A stretch of 59,945 bases of DNA, the filler included. It is 4 parts of 4 records of this genome, joined end to end, with 100 filler letters (N's around TTAATTAATTAA, not from the genome) between each part and the next. Parts side by side here need not be neighbours in the genome. Positions count along the whole stretch, not along the records: positions 44,632 to 59,945 come from SRR31156797_1922; 3 more parts are not named here. The stretch is one strand, 5' to 3'. A model generated the notes under the pieces. The model was given only the letters and a program-made list of their open reading frames with translations, was not told the origin of the DNA and searched no databases. Positions 50,001 through 59,945 of the stretch are shown piece by piece. Positions within the stretch are counted from its first letter, which is position 1. Each line of letters opens with the position of its first letter. A program made the position numbers and the translations under genes.

Positions 50001-53000
50001 GAGTTTTTCTTTTACGATTCTATAATTTCATATAGATTTTATAAGAAAAATGACAATTTAGATAAAAATGAGCTTATCTCTAAATTAAATCAATCAATAG
50101 AGTATTATCAAATGTTGACTAAGACAGCTCCGGAGAATAATGAACAAAAGTTACTCCTTCTAAATGCATTACTTGCAGAGCTCAAAGGTGATTCAAACTG
50201 TTGGAAACTGATAGACGAATCAGCTAAAGTAGCGCATGAAAACAACTTCACTCATATTGAGGCTCTTGCACTGCAATTTGGATTTTACTATTGGCAGGAG
50301 ATGGGTAATGATGATTTTGCCAATGTTTATCTTAAAAAATCAAGTAAAACTTACAATTCTTGGGGTGCATACATAGTTAAAAATCAACTCTTAACTAATA
50401 ATAGCAGCTATCAAGATGAATATACAGAAATGAATAACAACTCAATAGAGAACTTTGATTACAATACAGTTATCAAAGCCTCACACGCTCTTTCACAAGA
50501 GTTATCATTAAGCTCATTATTGAAGAAAATGATGAATATCATTATTGAAAATTCAGCATCTCAAACTGCATATCTCTTCCTTGAAGAGAATGACAGATTA
50601 GAGTTAGCTGCTGCATTTAAGGATGAAGAGTTTACACTAACTGTTGAGGAGCAGTATTTACCTCTTCAAATCGTTAACTATATTCGAAGAACAGAGGAAA
50701 ACATTATCTACTCTGCGAACGAAGACAATGACTTGATGCAAAATGACAAATACATCCTAAACAATGCACCTAAATCTATGTTCTGTACTCCTATATATTA
50801 TCTTGGAAAACCAAAAGGAGTTTTATTCCTTGAAAATAAATCTATACTTAATCTATATTCTAAAGAAAAAGTTGAATTATTAAGATTATTATCAAATCAA
50901 GCAACTGCATCAATAGAACAAGTTAAATTATTTGAAAAGGTTAATCAAATCAACAGTTCATTAGAGGAAAAAGTTAAAGTTAGAACCAAAGAACTGCAAG
51001 AGCAAAAATTAACTTTTGAGAAGCTATTTTATGATACAAGTGATAGTATTCTTATCATTAAAGATGGTAAATTCATCGACTGTAACAATGCAGCAGTTAA
51101 GATGTTAAAATACAATAACCGAGAAGAAGTACTGAATCTTAAGCCGATTGATGTCTCGCCGACAATGCAGTTTGATGGTAAAAAATCATTAGCTAAATCT
51201 GAACAAATGATGAATTTATGCCTTGAAACCGGAGCTCATAGATTTGATTGGGTTCACAAAAAATCAGATGGTGAACTTTTCTGGGTAGACGTATCTCTTA
51301 CCAAAATACTAATGGGTGGTGAAAGTGCTCTTCACGTACTTTGGAGAGATATAACTCATAAAAAAGAGCTGGAAAAAAGTCTAACTAAAGCTAAAGAAAA
51401 AGCTGAATCAGCAACTCGACAAAAATCAGAGTTTTTAGCAAATATGTCACATGAAATCAGAACGCCTATGAATGGTATCATTGGGATGACACATCTGGCA
51501 CTTCAATCAACGAAAGATAAAAAACAATTAAATTATTTAAAGAAAATAGATAATTCTGCAAAATCACTACTTGGAATCATAAATGATATACTTGATTTCT
51601 CTAAAATTGAAGCAGGGAAACTTACTATAGATAAAGTTGACTTTGATCTATTTAAAACTGTTGACTCTGTAATTGGATTAATTGAAATCAAAGCACATGA
51701 AAAAAATCTGGAACTTATAGTTTCATATGGAACTGATATTGGTAAAAATTTCTACGGCGATCCACTTAGAATCTCTCAAATATTAACAAATTTAATTAGT
51801 AATGCCATTAAATTCACTCACGATGGCGAAATTGGGATATATGTTAAAACTATAGGTAAAAACAGATATAGATTCGAAGTTAGAGATAGTGGAATCGGTA
51901 TAGAGACTTCTAAAAAAGAGAAAATGTTCGAATCATTCTCTCAGGCAGACGGAAGTACAACTCGAAAATACGGCGGTACTGGTTTAGGATTAAGCATCTC
52001 AAAACAATTAGTTGAGCTTATGAATGGTAAAATCTGGGTAGAGAGTGAAGTTGGAGAAGGTAGTAGCTTTTTCTTCGAAATTGACTTGACTCAAAAAGGA
52101 GATAAGAAGAAAAATTATCAGCTTTTCCAAGACAAAAAAGTCCTAATTGTTGATGATAATAAAACATGGCAAGAGGTCTTATCTAACCTCCTGAAATCAT
52201 TTAACATTGATGCAGAACTGGTTGATTCCGGTAAGGAAGCTATTGAACGAATGGGTGACCCTGACAGAAACTATGATTTAATCCTGATGGATTGGAATAT
52301 GCCAACTCTTGATGGAATTGAAACAACTAAGATTATTAGAAAATTACCTCAGGAGTCTACGCCACCTACAGTCATAATGGTTAGTTCATTTAGACAGGAG
52401 TCAATTGTAAAACTTGCAAAAGATGCAGGTGTTGATATGTTCCTTCAGAAACCAATTAATCCATCTATCCTAAATGATATCTTAAGTGGTCTATTCTTGG
52501 ATGGAAAATACCTTGAGTTTGCAAGTCATATTTCAGAATTCTCTCTTAAATATGAACTCCAAACATTGGCAGGCAGTAAAATATTGTTAGTTGAAGACAA
52601 TACAACAAATCAAGAGATAATTCAGGGATTATTAGATAAAAGTGGAATTAAAATAGATATAGCTAATAATGGAAATGAAGCAGTTGAGATGTTCAATATG
52701 AATGATTATGAACTTATTCTAATGGATATCCAAATGCCGGTAATGGATGGATATGAAGCTACTAAGATAATAAGAAAAAAAGATAAAGAAACTCCGATCA
52801 TCGCACTTACTGCAAATGCAATGAAAGAGGACTTCGAGAAAAGTAAAAATGCTGATATGAATGATCATATGAGTAAACCAATCGAAGTAGAGAAATTATA
52901 CTCAACTCTTCTAAAATATGTTTCTAAGAAATGTGAGATTAAAGAGGAAGAAAATCAGGATCTTGAAAAGACTATCCTAAGCGCTGAAGACTTTGACCAT

Positions 53001-53525
53001 ATTGATATCAATAAAGGTATGAGACATATGGCTGGAAATGAAAAATTATATATCAAAATTCTAAAAAACTTCATTGAAACATATAAAACTATAAATTTTG
53101 AAATTCTTGATAATATTGATTTCAAAAGAGAGACACATACTATCAAAGGTTTGAGCTCAAACATCGGTGCTAACAAGCTAAATGTAGTTGCTAAAAAAAT
53201 TGATGATTCGGGGGATAAAAAATTGCTCCCTGCATTATATACAGAGATGAATAGTGTAATTGGTGAAATTGAAAAGAATCTTTCAAATCTTTCTTCTACA
53301 AAGACAATAAAAAAAGAAGGAGTTTCATCAGAAAAAAGAGATGAACTATTCGCTGAATTCAAAAAAGCAATTGAATCAAGAAGGCCTAAAAACTGTGAAA
53401 CGATTATACATGAAATAACTAGATACGAATTATCAAATGAAGATAAAATTTTGTTTGATAAAGTTAATAATTTGGTAAATCGATATCGATTTAAAGAAGC
53501 TATAAAGGAGTTGACTAATGGATAA
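47064..53525 (+). CDS. Hybrid sensor: truncated Ser/Thr kinase lobe-AAA-TPR-like-GAF-PAS-HisKA-HATPase-REC-REC-HPt
   Basis: [54 protein letters not shown] and MDIQMP receivers; HTIKG HPt. Confidence 0.9.
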   Translation: MNNYKEKLKDSIDIAKNLNEYLRDIPSDKKLLFISPEKTGRINIKIDHRSDYYSFGVILFYHFSGKYPFNDSDPMQQIYSHIAVAPPTLLSIDSGIPNMLSQITDKLLKKNPEERYQSIEGIIYDLEYLLNHLSEEFVLASQDYNSSLTIPDKIYGRDREIEQINTLLTSTDKSFITIAGYSGIGKSALVNEIKKSFHSEKLFFSETKFEQHKTVQNFNVFFESISQYIRTTLLKSDQQIEEFKNLLLNKLGDNVQLIIEFIPELKNIIKQEFTLDKLHPNEAQNRFNNTFIKFLTIISTFDEKIVLFIDDMQWSDVASIKMLELILTEAELTNIAIILAYRNNEIKSTHAFNHILNQLKERKETLNLNLSPITDKAIKSMLKDTFTSRNGALDEFSALLEQKTGGNPFFIKELLYNLTDEEYITFDHDKLAWHWDIDMIKQIEVSENVADIVSKKIEKAPEEIRKILNFASILGNEFKLTDLQKIVEIPVEDIVEIFDINKQFNFIIKNSDNSYKFTHDKIQEAFTQYLTKEEQKRLNYSIGLHLLSTTEDYFRIANHFNYGKELITQKDMQNELINLNVRCAKESLKSNSYENAILYLNEALEMQQSSRWESDYIRSIDINTLLTEVAYLSLDFDKANHYFEETIKQAKNLEDKIKISQIEIYSLIAQNRMKDALDLGLDILEQFDIKMPESDNAGEYYTKLFDLYDVNNVMELENLKKMTDETKIYIIDILNSIMSPAFLTAPHIYPKICYVAIDQCIKYGNSAGSTNVYAVHALLLSAFFSEFEQAYEFAKLAQKLVEKYDGKRYIAQVEMIANACVAHWNGNVEKTLKPLKHAVMLGIEVGDFEYACYSGMYYTLYALLNGVELDTMKKEFTEQAGIMTSCKQSYQLLYSAVWQEFMENLTNEVDKPYILEGIYFSEENSLQSLIDANSFSILFNLYYAKAMLALMFEETEKAYEYITVAKNYHIGVASLYQFGEFFFYDSIISYRFYKKNDNLDKNELISKLNQSIEYYQMLTKTAPENNEQKLLLLNALLAELKGDSNCWKLIDESAKVAHENNFTHIEALALQFGFYYWQEMGNDDFANVYLKKSSKTYNSWGAYIVKNQLLTNNSSYQDEYTEMNNNSIENFDYNTVIKASHALSQELSLSSLLKKMMNIIIENSASQTAYLFLEENDRLELAAAFKDEEFTLTVEEQYLPLQIVNYIRRTEENIIYSANEDNDLMQNDKYILNNAPKSMFCTPIYYLGKPKGVLFLENKSILNLYSKEKVELLRLLSNQATASIEQVKLFEKVNQINSSLEEKVKVRTKELQEQKLTFEKLFYDTSDSILIIKDGKFIDCNNAAVKMLKYNNREEVLNLKPIDVSPTMQFDGKKSLAKSEQMMNLCLETGAHRFDWVHKKSDGELFWVDVSLTKILMGGESALHVLWRDITHKKELEKSLTKAKEKAESATRQKSEFLANMSHEIRTPMNGIIGMTHLALQSTKDKKQLNYLKKIDNSAKSLLGIINDILDFSKIEAGKLTIDKVDFDLFKTVDSVIGLIEIKAHEKNLELIVSYGTDIGKNFYGDPLRISQILTNLISNAIKFTHDGEIGIYVKTIGKNRYRFEVRDSGIGIETSKKEKMFESFSQADGSTTRKYGGTGLGLSISKQLVELMNGKIWVESEVGEGSSFFFEIDLTQKGDKKKNYQLFQDKKVLIVDDNKTWQEVLSNLLKSFNIDAELVDSGKEAIERMGDPDRNYDLILMDWNMPTLDGIETTKIIRKLPQESTPPTVIMVSSFRQESIVKLAKDAGVDMFLQKPINPSILNDILSGLFLDGKYLEFASHISEFSLKYELQTLAGSKILLVEDNTTNQEIIQGLLDKSGIKIDIANNGNEAVEMFNMNDYELILMDIQMPVMDGYEATKIIRKKDKETPIIALTANAMKEDFEKSKNADMNDHMSKPIEVEKLYSTLLKYVSKKCEIKEEENQDLEKTILSAEDFDHIDINKGMRHMAGNEKLYIKILKNFIETYKTINFEILDNIDFKRETHTIKGLSSNIGANKLNVVAKKIDDSGDKKLLPALYTEMNSVIGEIEKNLSNLSSTKTIKKEGVSSEKRDELFAEFKKAIESRRPKNCETIIHEITRYELSNEDKILFDKVNNLVNRYRFKEAIKELTNG

Positions 53526-54405
53526 TACTAAACCTACAATCCTTGTTGTAGATGATACTGAAGCAAACATTGATATTCTAATGGGACTACTTGGAAATAC
53601 ATATGATATTCTGGTTGCACTAGATGGTCAAACTGCCATTGAATTAGCAGAAGAGGAAGATATTGACTTAATCCTTCTAGATATCATGATGCCGGATATA
53701 AGTGGATATGACGTATGCAAAATTTTGAAAAATAACGAAAAAACTAAGGAAATTCCAGTTATCTTTATTACTGCTAAAACAGATGAAGAAAGTATCGAAA
53801 CCGCATATGAAATAGGTGGATTTGATTACGTAACTAAGCCATTTAAACCAAGAGAATTGAAAGCAAGAATAAGAACACAACTAAAATTAAAATCAGTTAT
53901 TGATCATCTTGAATATATCGCTTCTTGTGATTCGATGACAGGTATCTATAACAGAAGGAAGTTTTTTGAATTAGCTGCCGATAAATTTGATTCATCAGAC
54001 AATTTATTCGCTGCAATGATTGACATTGATAATTTCAAAAGTATCAATGATAATTACGGACATTCAATTGGTGATGAAGTAATTAAAACTACTGTATCAA
54101 CAATTAATGATTTAATTGACGATAATTTTATATTCGGACGACTTGGTGGTGAAGAGTTCGTATTGCTTTATGATCAAGATGAAAAGAACTTTGTCAGAGA
54201 AATCGAAAATATCGTAAAAGGTATTGAAATTCAAAATGTAAAAACTCCTGCCGGCTTAATTAATATAACTATTAGTGGTGGAGTTGCGAAGAAAAAACAA
54301 GCTACTCGAACTCTTGATATGCTAATTAAGGATGCTGATGATGCATTGTATGAAGCTAAAAGAACAGGTCGAAATAGGGTAGTAACTCAAGCAATGGATG
54401 AATAA
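53518..54405 (+). CDS. Response-regulator diguanylate cyclase (REC-GGDEF)
   Basis: LVVDD..LLDIMMP..KP; DIDNFKSINDNYGH..GD; RLGGEEF. Overlaps the kinase stop codon. Confidence 0.93.
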   Translation: MDNTKPTILVVDDTEANIDILMGLLGNTYDILVALDGQTAIELAEEEDIDLILLDIMMPDISGYDVCKILKNNEKTKEIPVIFITAKTDEESIETAYEIGGFDYVTKPFKPRELKARIRTQLKLKSVIDHLEYIASCDSMTGIYNRRKFFELAADKFDSSDNLFAAMIDIDNFKSINDNYGHSIGDEVIKTTVSTINDLIDDNFIFGRLGGEEFVLLYDQDEKNFVREIENIVKGIEIQNVKTPAGLINITISGGVAKKKQATRTLDMLIKDADDALYEAKRTGRNRVVTQAMDE

Positions 54406-54441
54406 ACTTATCAAATAACTATAGTGATTAACCCTATAAAA

Positions 54442-54480
54442 TAGAAAAAGCAGACTAAAAAATTTAGTCTGCTTTTTCTA
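54442..54480. terminator. Bidirectional terminator
   Basis: TAGAAAAAGCAGACTAAA-aaa-TTTAGTCTGCTTTTTCTA. Confidence 0.88.
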
Positions 54481-54675
54481 TTTTTTGTATGGATTTTCAT
54501 TAAAAGTTACTCCTCTAGGTCCGTCAGCCCCTAATTTTAGTGCAACTAAATCTTCTCTTGCCATTGCACACATTTCATCTATCCAAGCGGGACTATTTTT
54601 AGTCAAATTGTTTTTAGCAGACTTCTGATAAAAGTGAATCATATGTTGAAATTCATGTGCAAGTGTTGATAACAC
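54478..54675 (-). pseudogene. Fragment of an HExxH metallopeptidase (M30/M6-like)
   Basis: STLAHEFQHMIHFYQK...WIDEMCAM..ED; no RBS and only 65 codons, running into the terminator. Confidence 0.6.
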
Positions 54676-54694
54676 TTCTCTTAATTTTTTGATT

Positions 54695-56053
54695 TTATAA
54701 TCCCAATGCTTTCCTGATTTTTTTTCTATAATTCACTAATTTGGAAAACTCATAAAAAAATCTGATTTTTTCATCTGCAATGCAATTTCCACTTGGTTTA
54801 TCTTCTAAAACAAATAATCTATATGATTCAGCAATATCCTCTTCCGGATTTGTCACAGCATAATCTGATACAAATTGATCTTTATATTTTTCATAAAATT
54901 CATCCATTGGATCACCGTAAAATTCATGATCTTCATCAGAAAATTTGTTATCATCAAAGTACTCATAATCATCCATAGACATTGTTAAATCCATATGCTC
55001 TTCATAGATATCCTTCCAAAACTGATTATAAAATTTATTTAAATATGATTTATTATGTAAAATACCTTCATTAGTAACATAAGTTTTACTATCTTTATAC
55101 CTCTCTTCAAAATCATATATATCCTCAGTTTTATGTGGCTTTAATTGTTCATCGTTTAAAGTTATTAAATGCGCTGATTCATGAATTAATGTTCCCGCAA
55201 GCTCCTTATGGAATTCTCCGTTTTCATCAAAGCAATCTTTGATATCAATAGATAATCTCCACGTTTTCACTTCTTCATCAGGTTGCATTGCTGCCATTCC
55301 TCTGCCACCACCATCAGTATTAAATTCAATTTTATCTATTTTGTTTAAATAGTGTTCAGGATATATTAGTTTTATTTGAGAAAAAACTCTCTCATATTTT
55401 TTCATCTCTTCATTTGTAATATCTTCTGATTTTACTAAACTCTCTTTACTTAATTTAAGATTTCCATTTTTGATATCAAAAAGTGCTGTTTGAATAACAC
55501 CGGTTTCGATTTGAGATATAACTTCATTATAATCAATGTCATATTTTGCTAAAATCTCCTCTGAATTGTTTTCCAGCACTTCTATTCTGTTTTCTAGTTT
55601 TTTTATTCTTTTCTCATTATTTGTAATTTCTAACTTTTCAAAATTTCTTAATAAACGTTCATTATTTTCAAGTAATTGACTAAAATCCTGAACTGTAATT
55701 CTGTCCTCTATCGACTCTAAATATGATTTCAAACTAAAAAATGGTACTTTTGCTCCATATGTTCTTAACATAGAGTTAAACTCATCTAACATTATGTAAT
55801 ATTCATCTTCATCAAAATATTCTGAAAACTCATACTCTTGAAGTTCACTAAAATACTCTTCTGCTTTTTTTCGCTGTTTTGAATTTAATTTTGAATAATC
55901 ATCAAGCAAATACTCTTTTAGTGTTTCCGGCTCACATGCTTCACCATCCTCACAAACTTGGTAATATGCTTCCTCTTTTTTATCAAAATTTTGCTCAGCA
56001 AAACTTAATGCTGCGAATAATGCCATTATTAAAATAACTAATTTTTTCTTCAT
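54695..56053 (-). CDS. Secreted putative zinc-binding metallopeptidase
   Basis: Signal peptide MKKKLVILIMALFAALSFA (ATG 56053 after AAGGGAG); TLIHESAHL; FVSDYAVTNPEEDIAES. Confidence 0.8.
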   Translation of the reverse strand: MKKKLVILIMALFAALSFAEQNFDKKEEAYYQVCEDGEACEPETLKEYLLDDYSKLNSKQRKKAEEYFSELQEYEFSEYFDEDEYYIMLDEFNSMLRTYGAKVPFFSLKSYLESIEDRITVQDFSQLLENNERLLRNFEKLEITNNEKRIKKLENRIEVLENNSEEILAKYDIDYNEVISQIETGVIQTALFDIKNGNLKLSKESLVKSEDITNEEMKKYERVFSQIKLIYPEHYLNKIDKIEFNTDGGGRGMAAMQPDEEVKTWRLSIDIKDCFDENGEFHKELAGTLIHESAHLITLNDEQLKPHKTEDIYDFEERYKDSKTYVTNEGILHNKSYLNKFYNQFWKDIYEEHMDLTMSMDDYEYFDDNKFSDEDHEFYGDPMDEFYEKYKDQFVSDYAVTNPEEDIAESYRLFVLEDKPSGNCIADEKIRFFYEFSKLVNYRKKIRKALGL

Positions 56054-56120
56054 AATTTTCACTCCCTTATTTGTTTATGCTCAAATTATAAATGATTAAC
56101 CTTTCGCAAATCATAAGCAA

Positions 56121-56145
56121 CCTTAACTTTACCTTAAATCTTAAG
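56121..56145. promoter_or_regulatory. CTTAA direct repeats; candidate OmpR-family binding boxes
   Basis: CCTTAA at 56121 and 56132 (11-bp period) plus TCTTAAG at 56139, in the divergent intergenic region. Confidence 0.45.
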
Positions 56146-56317
56146 TTACAGGCTTTTTTTGCATAAAACTTGTGATATAATTAAGCTATATAAATTTTAA
56201 TTAGTTTCTTATAGAGCCTCGAGCTTAAACATCCGGTGATTTAAGGGTTTTTAGCGAAGTTGATGTATCAAAAAAAAACTAAAATTTATATAAGAAAGTA
56301 TTAGGAAAGGATAAACT

Positions 56318-57013
56318 ATGAAATATAAAATTCTTGTAATGGAAGATGATAAAGGAATTAACAGTCTGATTAGTTTTCACCTGAAAGAGCAAGGCTATGA
56401 TGTTATTTCTGTTTTTGACGGAGATGAAGCTATTAAACAATTTGATAACTCTATACATTTAGCAATATTAGATATAATGGTTCCAAAAAAAGATGGTTTC
56501 ACTGTATTAGAAGAACTAAGAAAAGAACAAACTATACCTGTATTATTCCTTACAGCTATGACAAGTGAAATTGATAAATTAAGAGCATTGGGGCTCGGAG
56601 CGGATGATTATGTTACAAAACCTTTTAGCATAATGGAAGTTATCTATAGAGTGAATGCCCTACTTAGAAGAGCCTATAGTTATGCTAATCTTAGCCAAAG
56701 TGAGCAAATACTTATAGGGGAAATAAAAGCTGACTTAACTAAAGGAGAAATATTCTTAAACGAAGAGGTTTTAGTCCTAAGTGCAAAAGAGTTTGAGTTA
56801 TTAGTTTGTTTTATGAAAAATCCGGGTAAAATTTTTACTAAGAAACAGCTGTATGAAAAGATCTGGGGTGAAGAGTATTACGGTGATGATAATACTATAA
56901 TGGTTCATATATCTAGGCTGAGAGATAAATTAAAAGATAAAAGTAAAACTCCTAAATATATTAAAACTATTAAAGGTTTAGGCTATAGAATGGAGAAAGT
57001 AGATGAAGAATAA
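56318..57013 (+). CDS. OmpR/PhoB family response regulator
   Basis: MEDD, LDIMVP, GADDYVTKPF, winged helix TIMVHISRLRDK..IKTIKGLGY. Confidence 0.95.
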   Translation: MKYKILVMEDDKGINSLISFHLKEQGYDVISVFDGDEAIKQFDNSIHLAILDIMVPKKDGFTVLEELRKEQTIPVLFLTAMTSEIDKLRALGLGADDYVTKPFSIMEVIYRVNALLRRAYSYANLSQSEQILIGEIKADLTKGEIFLNEEVLVLSAKEFELLVCFMKNPGKIFTKKQLYEKIWGEEYYGDDNTIMVHISRLRDKLKDKSKTPKYIKTIKGLGYRMEKVDEE

Positions 57014-58376
57014 AGATAAAATTAGAAATCAGTTCTTTAAAAATTTTATCCTTAATATTTTTGCACTTCTTTTTTTAATTATTTGTGCTTTTTACTTTAA
57101 TTCAAATTATGAAAATAATCATTTGAATTTTTTATTTGAATTCAAAAGTGATAGTTTAGAAAATTTTGAGGACTTGTATTTAAAATACGGCTTGGAAGAA
57201 GCTTTTGAAATAACACGATTAGGGGAATTTGATCATGTTTATCTATTCAACAATAAATATGAAATTTTAAATCAGATAAATACTGATATGAAAAAGGGCG
57301 ATCGCCTCACGCAGAGAGAGTTTAACGAAACTTTTTTTGACGGTTATTATGTTCCGGTAATTATTTATCTTAAATCCAATCCGGATAATTTCATTTTATA
57401 TCAACAAGATGAGTTATTGGGTGAAGAGTTCGATGTAGAAAGTATCTTCATACCTTTATTAACTGTATTTACCATACTTTATTTGATTTTTACTATTTTA
57501 TTTGCAAATAGAGCATCAAAAAAAATTATTATTCCTATTGAAAAGCTACAAGAGGGAATCAATAAAATCAAAGATGGAAATTACGATCATAAAATTGTGT
57601 TTGATAGCGGAAATGAAATTGATAATTTAATTCGAGACGTTAATTTGCTTTCACAAACTTTAAAAATGGAAATAAGCAAAAGAAAGTTATCAGAGGAAAA
57701 ACAGTCAAAATTTATCAGAAATATATCTCATGATATAAAAACACCATTAACTAATATCATTGGTTATAGTGAAACCCTATTAAATAAAAAACTTGATAAA
57801 GAATATAAAAACAATGCATATAAGATAATTAATCACAATAGTTTGAAAGCTAATAAATTAGTAAATGAGTTATTTGAACTCTCTTCTTTGGAGGTAAAAA
57901 ATAAAGATGAGGAGAAAGTATTTGATATCGTAGAACTTCTAAAAGTTAAGTTAATTAACTATGTAGAGGAGTTTGAGCTTAAGAATATTGATTTTTCTTT
58001 TGAGCTTCCTGATGACATAATTTTTATTGAAATGAACCCATATAAACTAGAAAGAACTATTGATAATATTATTCAAAATGCAATTAAATATAATCAGGAT
58101 AATTTTCAATTTATTGCTTCACTTATAATAAATAATTCAAAAGTAATTATAAGTTTAGAAGATAATGGTATCGGTATTCCAAAAGAGTATCATGAAGAGA
58201 TTTTTAACCCTTTAGTGAGAGTTGAAGCAGCCAGAAGTGAAAATATTCCAGGTTCCGGTTTAGGGCTTTCCATTGCTAAGCAAATAATTAATAATGCAAG
58301 CGGGAACTTATATATTGATTCAGATCACACAAAAGGAGTTAAATTTAAAATAGAACTTCCTGTTAAAACAAAATAA
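57003..58376 (+). CDS. HAMP-domain sensor histidine kinase
   Basis: Two TM segments, HAMP, ISHDIKTPLT, NAIKYN, DNGIGI, GSGLGL. Confidence 0.94.
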   Translation: MKNKDKIRNQFFKNFILNIFALLFLIICAFYFNSNYENNHLNFLFEFKSDSLENFEDLYLKYGLEEAFEITRLGEFDHVYLFNNKYEILNQINTDMKKGDRLTQREFNETFFDGYYVPVIIYLKSNPDNFILYQQDELLGEEFDVESIFIPLLTVFTILYLIFTILFANRASKKIIIPIEKLQEGINKIKDGNYDHKIVFDSGNEIDNLIRDVNLLSQTLKMEISKRKLSEEKQSKFIRNISHDIKTPLTNIIGYSETLLNKKLDKEYKNNAYKIINHNSLKANKLVNELFELSSLEVKNKDEEKVFDIVELLKVKLINYVEEFELKNIDFSFELPDDIIFIEMNPYKLERTIDNIIQNAIKYNQDNFQFIASLIINNSKVIISLEDNGIGIPKEYHEEIFNPLVRVEAARSENIPGSGLGLSIAKQIINNASGNLYIDSDHTKGVKFKIELPVKTK

Positions 58377-58499
58377 TTCAAAAAACTCTCACAGTTATAG
58401 TTCTCTGTAATATTTGATGAGAGTTTTTTATTGTAGCACTATGAGTCAAAATTTATTATTAAATTTGCAGTATAATTATAGTACACGGAGGTGAATCTA

Positions 58500-59378
58500 A
58501 TGAATTATAAAGAGTGTATTCAGGATTCTATTAATTTTATCGAAAAAAATCTAAAAAGAGATTTTACATTACAAGAAGTCGCAGATAGTTGTTATATATC
58601 ATATTATCATTTTAGCAGGATTTTCCGAGCTGTACTTGGTATCTCTATATCAGAGTATATCAAAAGAAGAAGGCTGAGTGAGTCTGCAATTGAACTTCAG
58701 AATTTAAATAAAAATATTTTACAAATAGCATTAGAGTATCGATTTGATTCACAGGAAACATTTACTCGAAATTTCAAAAAATATTTTGATATTACACCGG
58801 GAAAATATAGAAAAATTAATGAAAAAATTCAGCTTTATGCAAAAAATGATTTCTTTTTAGAATTAAATTTAACTAATTCAAAAGGAATTGTAAAGATGGA
58901 TGTAAAAGTTGTGGAAAAAGAAGTAATGAAATTAGTTGGAATTGAAAAAGAGGTAGATTGCAATGAAACTCATCATGAAAATCCTAAACTCTGGGAAAAA
59001 TTTTTAAAAAGATATGCAGAAATTGAAAATAAAGAAAACACTCATTCTTGTCTTGAGCTCTCTACAGAATACGAAATTGGTAAAAGTTTCAAAGCTTTTC
59101 CATGTTGCGTCGTTTTAGATAATACAAATATCCCTAAAGGTATGAGTACTAAGGAGTTACCGGCATCAAAATATCTGGTATTTACCCACAAAGGTGCTAT
59201 TATTACTCCAAAAGGTTCTGCTCTCAATGATTCATATGAGTATATCTATGGTAAATATATCCCTAACTCTGATTATGAAATATACAGTGATTTTTCATTT
59301 GAACTTTATGATGCTAATAAGTTTAAAGGTCCGGAAGACCCAAATGGAGAGATCGATATTTATATTCCCATTAAATAA
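58500..59378 (+). CDS. AraC family regulator with GyrI-like effector-binding domain
   Basis: SYYHFSRIF, FDSQETFTRNFKK; C-terminal LPASKYLVFTHKG...FELY...IYIPI. ATG at 58500 after GGAGGTG. Confidence 0.9.
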   Translation: MNYKECIQDSINFIEKNLKRDFTLQEVADSCYISYYHFSRIFRAVLGISISEYIKRRRLSESAIELQNLNKNILQIALEYRFDSQETFTRNFKKYFDITPGKYRKINEKIQLYAKNDFFLELNLTNSKGIVKMDVKVVEKEVMKLVGIEKEVDCNETHHENPKLWEKFLKRYAEIENKENTHSCLELSTEYEIGKSFKAFPCCVVLDNTNIPKGMSTKELPASKYLVFTHKGAIITPKGSALNDSYEYIYGKYIPNSDYEIYSDFSFELYDANKFKGPEDPNGEIDIYIPIK

Positions 59379-59461
59379 GTTTATTTAGGATAAAATAAAA
59401 GCAATACTTGAATAATTCATGTGTTATAATTAAAATATATAGAATTTAGGAGGTTGTCATA

Positions 59462-59905
59462 ATGAAAATAACAAAATTAGTTCTTTTTATTTTAGTAATT
59501 TTAAGTTTTAATGCATACGCGGGTGAAAAAGATATTTTAGGTACATGGATTAATCCAAGTGGTAATCATATTGAAATTTACCAAGAAAATAATAAGTATT
59601 ATGGTAAAATTATTAAACTAGACGAACCAATTTATCCTGCTGATCATGAATATGCAGGAAAAGAGAAGATGGATATTAATAATCCTGATCCTAAAAAACA
59701 CAGCAATAAAATACTTGGTATGATATTCATGAAAAATTTTGTCTATAAAAAAGGGCAATTTAAAAACGGAAAAATTTATGATCCTAAAAATGGTAAAACA
59801 TACTATGCTAAAATGAAACTTAAAGGGGATATTATAAAACTAAGAGGTTCTATTGATAAAATGGGACTTGCAGGTAGAACTCAGGAATGGAAAAGATTGA
59901 AATAA
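59462..59905 (+). CDS. DUF2147 family exported protein
   Basis: Signal peptide; ILGTW, YYGKI, DINNPDP, GKIYDPKNGKTY, GRTQEW. Confidence 0.85.
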   Translation: MKITKLVLFILVILSFNAYAGEKDILGTWINPSGNHIEIYQENNKYYGKIIKLDEPIYPADHEYAGKEKMDINNPDPKKHSNKILGMIFMKNFVYKKGQFKNGKIYDPKNGKTYYAKMKLKGDIIKLRGSIDKMGLAGRTQEWKRLK

Positions 59906-59922
59906 ATGTGTATACATAAAGA

Positions 59923-59945
59923 GTAGTGGCAATTCATGAATTGCC
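59923..59945. repeat. GTAG-family REP-like palindrome (cut by the window end)
   Basis: GTAG-T-GGCAATTCATGAATTGCC; the 18-bp part is a perfect palindrome. Confidence 0.6.

Noticed and set aside
35758-53525. Two Ser/Thr kinase-AAA sensors as one duplicated system
   Set aside because: They lie on different contigs with very different base composition.

Overview
This window is not one continuous locus. It is four contigs joined by 100-nt N spacers, each containing the linker TTAATTAATTAA (10656-10755, 35658-35757, 44532-44631). Contig A (1-10655) is Bacteroidota-like: tldD/tldE, a 1794-aa repeat-rich T9SS cargo protein and two paralogous beta-helix-like proteins. Contig B (10756-35657) is Bacteroidota-like. 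It has the end of ilvC, an unannotated Ile/Leu/Val leader-peptide attenuator, ilvD-ilvB-ilvN-leuA-leuC-leuD-cimA-leuB, dapD, tsaC and a thioesterase. It also has a GH43-MFS-GH43 arabinan operon, a phased 20-21-bp repeat array, a lyase-like/AbfB/ricin T9SS protein, a GH28-like protein and an AraC regulator. Contig C (35758-44531) is GC-rich and probably from a Desulfobacterota-like organism: a partial Ser/Thr kinase-AAA sensor, a flavodoxin with a sigma54 promoter and a fused FTCD. It then switches abruptly to an AT-rich integron gene-cassette array with four cassettes, three complete attC sites and one truncated attC, and no adjacent integrase. Two of the cassettes encode nuclease-like candidate anti-phage proteins. 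Contig D (44632-59945) is very AT-rich: tandem membrane LuxR regulators, a 2153-aa hybrid sensor with a decapitated kinase domain coupled to a diguanylate cyclase, a zinc peptidase, an OmpR/HK pair, AraC-GyrI, DUF2147 and a GTAG-type REP at the edge. The best leads are the integrase-less cassette array with its cargo and the phased AGA(T/G)G(A/G) array at 30375-30565. All calls come from reading motifs by eye; no database searches were run.
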